Shown one piece after another: positions 17,038 to 25,400 of a stretch of DNA of 27,608 nucleotides; within the stretch, counting starts at the first letter, position 1; each line of letters opens with the position of its first letter. The notes under the pieces are model-generated. The model saw only the letters and a program-made list of their open reading frames with translations, ran no database searches and was not told the origin of the DNA. Where the stretch lies: IMG/VR virus record IMGVR_UViG_3300032281_000910, positions 1 to 27,608 of that record; one strand, given 5' to 3'. Origin of the DNA: a virus. Taxonomy: Duplodnaviria > Caudoviricetes. Both the position numbers and the translations under genes were made by a program.

Positions 17038-19812
17038 TTATTTATAAACACAAACTGTTAATACACTTTGTATGCCATTACCATTATAGGCACTATTTAC
17101 AGCATCTGATGGGTTCCAGTCTTCAGGTCCCGGCATAGCATTATCATTAACTCTCCACCCACTACTATCTGTTGATCCCCACCATCCACAAAATAACTGG
17201 CTGGCATTGCAAGCATCACCATCTATGTTTGGGGGTAAATGAGTACCTAAGCTAGTATTATATACTAATCTTTGATCTGATGCACCTCCGGCTCCATTTA
17301 TATTAATCATTGGCATTCTTAACACGGCTCCACCACCTGTGTTGCCATTTGTAATAAAAGTTGAATAATTATTCCACAATGCTCTTTTTACTGCTAACCA
17401 AGCACCATATACTTCTGTTGTTGTTCTAGTATTTTCCATCCCTCTACCAGGACTAGCAATACCTATTGCTTGACACTTTGATAAGAAGGTTGCTGCTGCT
17501 GTTGGACCATCTGTTGAGAAGTTGGTATTAGCATCATTTGAAATTAAAGGTACAGTCCAAGGACCTCCTTGTATAGCTGCTCCTGTATAGTCTGTAAATA
17601 CACAATAAACTTGTAATGGTACTGTTCCTATTTGTCTAATCCAATAAAGTCCAGTAGTTGCATTTGGATTATAAGTTTTAATTTCGTCTGCAGATTCTGC
17701 TGGATTAGAGGCTGTTGATCCTGGTGATGTTTGACCTACTACTGGTACCCAGTTTGATCCATCATAATATTCTAAAAAGTTAAAGCTAGTATTATATCTG
17801 ATTTGACCAGCAGCTGCTGTTGGTCTTTGGCCTGTTGTGCCAGAATGAATTTTTATAGCTCCTGTTCCACCCATAGTTACATCACCACCATTAGTAATAG
17901 CCATTACTGTTGTCCAAGAAATAGTAGCATCTGCGGTTCCATTACCTGCTGTTAAAAAACTAAAAGCACCACTATCTAATCCAAAAGCAGTTGCAGGTTG
18001 AGATGAATTTCTATAAGCAAATACTCCAGAAGCATTATTATAAGCATTACCTGCTATATATAATTGATTTTGTGTATTCGTATTTGAAAAAAATATTTGT
18101 CCTCTAGGAAATGTTAACCCACCGTATTGTGAAGGACCATTAAAAGAATATCCAGTATCTCCAAAATCAGCATTACCTCTAACTGAAAGTAGACTATTTG
18201 GAGATTGTGTTCCTATTCCTACCCTACTACCCGTTGTAATAACCATAGGAAAATTAGCGGATAGAGCATTATAAAATCCAAAGTTATTGGTATTTTCATA
18301 GATCCCAGTAAACCATCTTTGAGAACCAGTAGTATAATAATTAACTCCTGCTGATGAGGCTGATGATCCTCTATCTACACCAACCATTCCGTATGTAGTT
18401 CCATAAACATAAAGTCCTGGGTTAGAAGAAAAGGCTCCAGAAACATGAAGTCTATAAGATGGATTTGTAGTACCTATACCTACATCATCTCCTTTTAAAG
18501 TTAATGTATTAGAACCAGCAATTGAAAACTTTATACTATTAGCTCCTGAACTAAAAGTTTCAAAAAAAGTAATACCAGTAGAGTCTCCTGTAATTTGAAG
18601 TCTAGGATTATAAGTACCATCTGTGTAATAAAATCTACCTAAATTTCCTGATGTAGAAGATACAACATCTAAAGCATATGTTGGGGTTGTTGTTCCTATA
18701 CCAACTAACCCACTACTACTAACAAATAATCCTCCCGGATTCATTGTTACACTTCCACTAAATACATGCGTATTATCTAATATAGAACCGAATCTAGTTG
18801 AACCAGTAACAAAATCAACACTCGATGTGATTGTTTGAACTACTAATGTTTGTGCTGTTATAGTATCTGTTGTAGTAAGACTACCTGATATATTTAATGA
18901 ACCTGTTAATATAGAAGAACCAGTGATGTCTAAGCTACCAGTTAATACTGTTGAACCTGTAATGTTTAAACTACCAGATAATATTGTTGAACCGGTAAGT
19001 TCTAGGCTACCAGTTATTAATGTTGAACCTGTAATGCCTAAGCTACCTGTTAATGTAGAAGAACCTGTAACATCTAAGCTACCAGTTAATGTTGTAGAAC
19101 CGGTAACATTTAAGCTACTAGATAATATTGTTGAACCGGTAAGTTCTAGGCTACCAGTGAATACTATTGAACCGGTAGCACCTAAACTGCCAGTTAATGT
19201 AGTTGAACCTGTAATATCTAAACTGCCAGTTAATGTAGTTGAACCTGTAATATTTAAGCTACCAGATAGTACTGTTGAACCGGTAACATCTAAGCTACCA
19301 GTGAATACTATTGAACCTGTAGCACCTAAGCTACCTGTTAATGTAGAAGAACCACTTATATCTACAGAGCCTGTGAATGTTGTTGAACCGGTAACGTTTA
19401 AACTACCAGATAATATTGTTGAACCAGTGATGTCTACACTTCCTGTGAATGTTGTTGAACCGGTAATGCCTAAGCTACCGGTTAATGTAGAAGAACCAGT
19501 GATGTTTTGAGAACCTGTAATATTTAAACTACCTGATACTGTTAGTGAACCTGATGGAGAACTAACAACTACACTGTTTGCACTATTAATTGTAATTGTA
19601 TCTGCGTAGTCATCTACTAATACATAGTTAGTATCATCACCTAAGAAAGTTAATCCACCGGTTGCTTTAATATGGGTATCACTTGCCGCTGTGTTATAAA
19701 TTTCAATTTGTCTTCCATCATTAGTATCGGGTTGCAAATATATTGAACCCATTCCTTTAATTGCTTCAGTTACTGTTAGTGAACCTGTTACTATTGGACT
19801 ATCTATTGTCAT
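17038..19812 (-). CDS. Tail fibre / receptor-binding protein with xGSxxx hexapeptide shaft and fibrinogen-like C-terminal domain
   Basis: 924 aa: long TGSxxx array, three VGIGTxxP repeats, GTTGQRP...GQIRYNT...EYYDGSNW linker, then NPAESADEIK...GLYWI...QVYC...GGPWT (fibrinogen-like YCDxxxxGGGW-type). Confidence 0.8.
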   Translation of the reverse strand: MTIDSPIVTGSLTVTEAIKGMGSIYLQPDTNDGRQIEIYNTAASDTHIKATGGLTFLGDDTNYVLVDDYADTITINSANSVVVSSPSGSLTVSGSLNITGSQNITGSSTLTGSLGITGSTTFTGSVDITGSTILSGSLNVTGSTTFTGSVDISGSSTLTGSLGATGSIVFTGSLDVTGSTVLSGSLNITGSTTLTGSLDITGSTTLTGSLGATGSIVFTGSLELTGSTILSSSLNVTGSTTLTGSLDVTGSSTLTGSLGITGSTLITGSLELTGSTILSGSLNITGSTVLTGSLDITGSSILTGSLNISGSLTTTDTITAQTLVVQTITSSVDFVTGSTRFGSILDNTHVFSGSVTMNPGGLFVSSSGLVGIGTTTPTYALDVVSSTSGNLGRFYYTDGTYNPRLQITGDSTGITFFETFSSGANSIKFSIAGSNTLTLKGDDVGIGTTNPSYRLHVSGAFSSNPGLYVYGTTYGMVGVDRGSSASSAGVNYYTTGSQRWFTGIYENTNNFGFYNALSANFPMVITTGSRVGIGTQSPNSLLSVRGNADFGDTGYSFNGPSQYGGLTFPRGQIFFSNTNTQNQLYIAGNAYNNASGVFAYRNSSQPATAFGLDSGAFSFLTAGNGTADATISWTTVMAITNGGDVTMGGTGAIKIHSGTTGQRPTAAAGQIRYNTSFNFLEYYDGSNWVPVVGQTSPGSTASNPAESADEIKTYNPNATTGLYWIRQIGTVPLQVYCVFTDYTGAAIQGGPWTVPLISNDANTNFSTDGPTAAATFLSKCQAIGIASPGRGMENTRTTTEVYGAWLAVKRALWNNYSTFITNGNTGGGAVLRMPMININGAGGASDQRLVYNTSLGTHLPPNIDGDACNASQLFCGWWGSTDSSGWRVNDNAMPGPEDWNPSDAVNSAYNGNGIQSVLTVCVYK
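18877..19554 (-). repeat. 18-nt (hexapeptide) tandem array with 144-nt (48-aa) higher-order period
   Basis: About 37 (T/S)GSxxx units. The block TGSTIL SGSLNV TGSTTF TGSVDI SGSSTL TGSLGA TGSIVF TGSLDV recurs about 4 times with variation. Boundaries are approximate. Confidence 0.85.
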
Positions 19813-19821
19813 TGTTGTATT

Positions 19822-20073
19822 TTATACTGTTGTTTGAGATGCTATTAAAGCTTGATAAGCAGCTATCACTTCTTCTGTCCAAATAGCATTTGCTATTGCT
19901 TGTACTTTTGGATCTTCGTTTGTTACGTTGTCGCCTGGAGCTACAACGTGTCTATGGAATGATCTAGAGATTTCAGTTCCATCTCTTTCAATGATTGTTG
20001 CTGTTCTTACTTGAATAGTATTAACTTCTGTTAATTCTACTTGATCTACTTTTATTGTTTCTGTTAATGCCAT
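19822..20073 (-). CDS. Small fibre-associated protein (putative fibre assembly chaperone/cap)
   Basis: 83 aa, IQVRTATIIERDGTEISRSFHRHV...VQAIANAIWT. From recall, this family follows fibres ending in the LDDYEEGTWTP domain, as it does here. Confidence 0.65.
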   Translation of the reverse strand: MALTETIKVDQVELTEVNTIQVRTATIIERDGTEISRSFHRHVVAPGDNVTNEDPKVQAIANAIWTEEVIAAYQALIASQTTV

Positions 20074-20094
20074 TTTATATTAATTTATTTTTTA

Positions 20095-21579
20095 TTATAC
20101 AAAGTATGTAACGCTTCCCCTTAAAAAACTTGGGTTTGAATTTCCTAAATTTGATATAAGTAATTCAAGTGTTATATTACCCGAACGTACAAGACTTAAA
20201 CCAATACCAGTTCCAGTACCAATATTTCCGACTAGATATAAACCATTAAGTGTATTATTATAACTGTCTACAATTAAACGATCCCCATCCGGTAAGTTTG
20301 TGTTTCTTCTTGTAAATGGTAAACCAGAAATTATAGCAGCACCACTTCCACCACTAATAGAAGACCATCTAACTTCAAAACTTATAGTTACTATATTTCC
20401 TATTTTAGTATAAATTCCACCCGTATTTCCCGATGAGTAAGTAATAGTTGGATTACCTCCACCACCTGTTATAGTTGGAGTCCAAGTTCCCTCTTCATAA
20501 TCATCTAATGTATTAGCGTCTGCTGATGCAACTTGTGTTGCTGGAAAAGTAATACCATTTGTGGTAATTGAGCCTGTTGTATTTAATGAGCCTGAGATTG
20601 AAACTTTACCATCACTATCTATATCAAAAACAGGTCTATTAGTATCATATCTTACACTAAGTGCACCAGCTTGTAATACTAATTTATAAAAGTTACCACT
20701 ACTATCGTAAGCTGCTATATAGCCTTGTGGTGTATCCGGTGATATAAGTATTCTTGCTCCTGATGATGTACCATTAGAAGAGAAATGTATGCCACTGCCG
20801 TCTTGGTACATAATACTATCGCCTATTGTATTTGCTCCTGTAAATTTAGATATATTGCCTGAAGTACCAGTAACAGCACTAGAATATGATGCTGTTGCTG
20901 CGTATGAAGCACTTACTGCATTTTCAAAAGATCCACTAAAAGTACCACTAATAACACCATTCACATTTAGTGAACCTGTTATTGTAGTACTACCACTTAC
21001 AACTAATGAACCTGTAATTTCTAAAATATCTGAATTATATGATGCTATTGTTCCAGTTGAGCCTGATACTGTTAATGAACCAGATACAACTGCTGTATTA
21101 AGATTACTTGCTCCTAATACACTTAATGAACCTGACATTCCTACAGAGCCTGTAAATTGATGTGTGTTTGCACTTATAGATCCAAAGCGAGTTGAACCAG
21201 TAACAAAATCAACTGATGATGTTATAGTTTGAACTACTAATGTTTGTGCTGTTAATGTGCCTCCTACTGTAAAAGTATCGGCATATGATGATGTTGAAGC
21301 GTATGATGATGATATTGCTCTAGATGCACTTACTGCATTTAAAACGTATGATGCTGTTGTAGCTGTTTGAACATAAGATGCACTTCTTGCATTTAAAACG
21401 TATGATGCTGTTTGTGCTGTTGCAACGTATGATGCTGTTTGTGCTGTTGCAACGTATGATGCTGTAGCGGCATTTCCAGATAATGAACCTGTAATTCCTC
21501 CTGTAGCACTTATGCTACCTGTAACTATTATATTGTTTTGGCTTATTAAGCCATTTTTGACTACAAATTCGTTTGCCAT
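20095..21579 (-). CDS. Tail fibre protein (MANEF N-terminus, ASY repeats, LDDYEEGTWTP C-terminal domain)
   Basis: 494 aa: MANEFVVKNGL, ASYV repeats, GS repeats, C-terminal DANTLDDYEEGTWTP...YTKIGNIV...ISGLPF beta-sandwich typical of phage fibres. Confidence 0.8.
   Translation of the reverse strand: MANEFVVKNGLISQNNIIVTGSISATGGITGSLSGNAATASYVATAQTASYVATAQTASYVLNARSASYVQTATTASYVLNAVSASRAISSSYASTSSYADTFTVGGTLTAQTLVVQTITSSVDFVTGSTRFGSISANTHQFTGSVGMSGSLSVLGASNLNTAVVSGSLTVSGSTGTIASYNSDILEITGSLVVSGSTTITGSLNVNGVISGTFSGSFENAVSASYAATASYSSAVTGTSGNISKFTGANTIGDSIMYQDGSGIHFSSNGTSSGARILISPDTPQGYIAAYDSSGNFYKLVLQAGALSVRYDTNRPVFDIDSDGKVSISGSLNTTGSITTNGITFPATQVASADANTLDDYEEGTWTPTITGGGGNPTITYSSGNTGGIYTKIGNIVTISFEVRWSSISGGSGAAIISGLPFTRRNTNLPDGDRLIVDSYNNTLNGLYLVGNIGTGTGIGLSLVRSGNITLELLISNLGNSNPSFLRGSVTYFV
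21397..21465. repeat. Perfect 27-nt tandem repeat (about 2.5 copies)
   Basis: aacgtatgatgctgtttgtgctgttgc at 21397-21423 and 21424-21450, plus 15 nt; encodes ATAQTASYV. Confidence 0.9.
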
Positions 21580-21587
21580 TTTATTTT

Positions 21588-21611
21588 ATCTTGATTCACT
21601 TTCCTCAAGAT
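21588..21611 (-). promoter_or_regulatory. 5' leader hairpin with GGAAAGUGAA loop
   Basis: Sense ATCTTGA-GGAAAGTGAA-TCAAGAT: perfect 7-bp stem, 8 nt before the ATG at 21579. Confidence 0.6.
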
Positions 21612-21622
21612 GTGGGTTTGAT

Positions 21623-21630
21623 ATAAATAT
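21623..21630 (-). promoter_or_regulatory. ATATTTAT putative late promoter
   Basis: 43 nt upstream of the ATG at 21579, overlapping the upstream stop codon by 1 nt. Confidence 0.65.
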
Positions 21631-21878
21631 TAAGGTAATGGTAATCGTGTTGGATCATTCCATAAGTCAGTGTTTAGTATTGCTTGTATTTCTTCAATAG
21701 TGTATGGACCCTCGCCAGTTGTTAGTAAGTTAACACACTCTGGCGTTTCGTCTGTATCCCATTTTACAAATGTTTTTGTTTCATCTACAGATTTTCTAAT
21801 TGTATCTATTGATGTTTCTTGTACTTGTTCGAAATTGATTTTTTCAATTTCACTCATGTTAAATATTATGTATTTCAT
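21630..21878 (-). CDS. Hypothetical small acidic phage protein, fibre-module associated
   Basis: 82 aa, INFEQVQETSIDTIRKSVDETKTFVKW...GPYTIEEI; A-rich leader. Confidence 0.75.
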   Translation of the reverse strand: MKYIIFNMSEIEKINFEQVQETSIDTIRKSVDETKTFVKWDTDETPECVNLLTTGEGPYTIEEIQAILNTDLWNDPTRLPLP

Positions 21879-21889
21879 TTTATTTTATT

Positions 21890-22438
21890 TTAAAAGGATC
21901 TAACTGCGCGAACATAGTTTAAGTTGCTTTTACTAGAAGGGATTGGATCGCCATCGAAAAAATTCTGGGCCCATGCGCTATTATTGTCATACTCTGTAGA
22001 ACTCCAATAGATTTGAGTTCCAAAATTACCAATAGCAGCTCTATTAATATACAAAGTATTTAATTCATCTTTACTTGGTAAATACCAATCTGAATAACCA
22101 CCTTGTGTTAAATTTGCACATAATCTTGCTGCAATACCTGCTGTAGCACATTCAGCCATTATATCTATAGTATTTTGATTTCCTGTTCCTATTGCAGTAC
22201 CCTCTGCTCCTGTTATATAAATGCCATCACATCCCCATTCAGCTGGTGGAGTAAAAAATGCTGAAACAACTAAACCTGATGTACCTGTAGAGCCACCACC
22301 ATTAATATAAACAATTGTACCACCTAAGGCGGATTCGCCTATTGTGTATACTGGGGTTACTTTAAAATTTGTATTTCCAAAACTATTTATTTTAAAATTT
22401 ATAGACCCATTTCCTGTTGTATTTTTTAAATTTATCAT
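21890..22438 (-). CDS. DUF1566 / C-type-lectin-fold protein, candidate DGR target
   Basis: GTGNQNT...AARLC...GGYSDWYLPSKDEL...YWSSTE...AW...F..G......K....YVRAVRSF is the DUF1566 (Lcl C-terminal) pattern. Confidence 0.85.
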   Translation of the reverse strand: MINLKNTTGNGSINFKINSFGNTNFKVTPVYTIGESALGGTIVYINGGGSTGTSGLVVSAFFTPPAEWGCDGIYITGAEGTAIGTGNQNTIDIMAECATAGIAARLCANLTQGGYSDWYLPSKDELNTLYINRAAIGNFGTQIYWSSTEYDNNSAWAQNFFDGDPIPSSKSNLNYVRAVRSF

Positions 22439-22439
22439 A

Positions 22440-25400
22440 TTACATATAAGTTACAGTTGATCTAACAGTCCATCCACTAGTATTAGTGTTAATATTAAAT
22501 TGTGCTTGTGATCCTGATATTGCTATTGAAGCAGTTACTATGTTAGTAGAACCAATATCTGTTGTTGTTGTTTCTGCATATCTTACACTACCGCCATTCC
22601 ATACAGCCATTATTTCTCCTGTTCTAGCGTTTGAACCGCTATACACAGTATATTTATAGAAACCTGATCTGTAAGAACCAGTAGATTCTGTAAATACGTT
22701 ATTTGATCCTGTTATTGATGAAGCTACTGTAGCATATTTGTTTAATGTATCGGCAAATGTAAATCCACTATCAGCATGTGATGCTGTTTCAGCATAAGAT
22801 GCACTTATAGATGCTCCTGATCCAGAAACATAAGACGCTGTTAAAGCGTATGATGCAGTACCAGATAATGAACCTGTAATTCCTGAAGTTACATTTAATG
22901 AACCTGATATTGTTTGAGAACCATTAAATGTATTTGATCCTGTAGTTGCTAAGTTTGAAAAATCACTTAACATTAATAAGTTAGATCCAGATCCAATAGT
23001 AATACTAGAACTTACATTAACAGGTCCTATTATTAAAGCATTATGATAATCAGGAATATCAATATTATAAGTTATATCTTGAGGATTAATGAATATTTGA
23101 GAAGTAATCTTATCAGTTACAGCTAAGCTACCTGTAATTTCTGCTGATCCAGAGTAAGGGAAACCAGCTCCACCTCCTCCACCTGATCCACTAGAGGCAC
23201 CGCCTAAAGATGCAACAGCTGTACCTACAGTTGCTGTAGAGAAATAAATTAATGCTGAACTAGTATCTACTGCTTTAATTACTGCTGGAATAATTACTTC
23301 ATTATTTAAATCAAATATTTGGAATATTGGGTATTGAGTACCTAATCCATGATTAAAACTCCAAGTAGCTGAAGATGCAGTTTGATTTAAAATTATATTT
23401 GAACCTGAAATAACAACTGCATTCATTGCATATGATGCTGTTGTGGCAGTAAAAGCATATGATGCTGTTTCGGCATAAGATGAACTTACACCACTACCAC
23501 CACCGTTCATAGCGAATGACGCTGTTAAAGCGTAAGAGGCTGTTATTGATTCATTAGAGTATGATGAGCTTACAGCATTTAAAACATAAGATGCTGTTGT
23601 AGCCGTTTGAACATAAGATGCACTTCTTGCATTTAAAACATATGATGCACTTACAGCGTTTAAAACATAAGATGCACTTACAGCATTTAAAATATAAGAT
23701 GCTGTTGTAGCATTTCTTACATATGATGCTGTTGTTGAGTTCAAAGCATAAGATGCACTAACAGCATATGATGATGAAGCTGGGCTTTGATCTAAAATAT
23801 AGATAGGACCACCCATAACAGCATGAGCAGTACACTGATAATATAAAATTTCAGGAACATCCATTGGTACATTAAATATTAAAGTACCATTTGAAACATC
23901 ATTATTTGTTACACCATTATTATATGGAGTACCTGCAGATCCATTAACAGTAGTTTGTATTCTGAATGGGTGCATTCCCATTGTATTAGTAAACTTATAC
24001 TGTTGGCCTCTAACTAAATAAATAGCGGGGTCATTTGCGGATCCTGTGAACCCAGGGCCTGTAAAAGTATAATCAAGGTTCCCATTAGCTCCTAAAATCC
24101 ATTCTGAGGTGTATGTTGATATTGTAGCTTGAGATGCAGATAAAGCATAAGATGAACTTATAGCATAAGATGCTGTTTCAGCATAAGATGCACTTATAGA
24201 TGTTCCGGATCCGGGAGCGTATGATGCGCTAATAGCATACGATGCTGTTTCAGCATAAGATGAACTTACAGCTGCTCCTGATCCTGAAACATATGAGGCT
24301 GTTAAAGCATAAGATGCTGTTATTGATTCATTAGCATAAGAGGCAGTACCAAACAATGAACCTGTTATCCCGTTTGTTGCTATTATACTACCTGTAACAA
24401 TTATTGATCCTGTAGTAATAAATGATCCTGTAAGTACTAAAATATCAGCGTCAGTATCGAATATAGTAACGCCCGAAGCACTTGAAAATATACTAATAGA
24501 GCCTGTTACTCCTAATGAACCTGTAATTTGAGCAGATCCAGTATAAGGGAAAGGTGAGATATTTCCTGCAAGATAAGATGCTGTTAAAGCGTATGATGCT
24601 GTTCCTTCAAGTGATCCTGAGAATGAACCAGTAAACGATCCTGTTGCTCCTCCTTGTCCTAATGCTAATGAGCCTGTAATTTGAACGGCTTCAGTACCTG
24701 AACCTGCACTAAGAACTAATGGAGCCGCACTAGTATAAATTACTATTGATCCTGTAGGTCCAAATCCAGCATTTGAATTTTCTATGAAAATGCGATTTGC
24801 AGAATTTGATGAAGTTGGATAAATTTCATTTACATTTATTGTATGTCCCTTAAGATAAGAAGCTGTATCAGCATAAGAAGCACTTCCAATTACTGAACCG
24901 CTAAATGATCCACTGAAGTAGGAAGCGGTTAAAGCATATGAAGCTGTCTCTGCATATGATGCAGTTCCATTCATGCTACCTGTAAACGATCCACTAAAAT
25001 ATGAAGCAGTTAAGGCATATGAAGCAGTTTCTGCATAAGAAGCAGTTCCATTCATACTGCCTGTAAATGAACCGCTAAAGTAAGAAGCGGTTAAGGCATA
25101 AGAAGCAGTTGCAGCATATGAAGCAGTTATAGCATATGAAGCGCTTGTTGCAAATGATGCTGATTCTACTGATCCAGAATTAGATACTAAAGTAATATCG
25201 AAGGTTGTACTATCACCCTTAGTAAAAGTAATTGTTGATAAGTTTGCAGAAGCAGTAATAATATTTCTTAATGCTAAGCTAGCAGTAGTAGCATATGATG
25301 CTGTTCCTGATAATGAACCTGTAATTTCAGGAGCATTTAGTGAACCACTTATACTTACTGAGCCTGTAAATTCATGAGTATTGCTTGATATGCTACCAAA

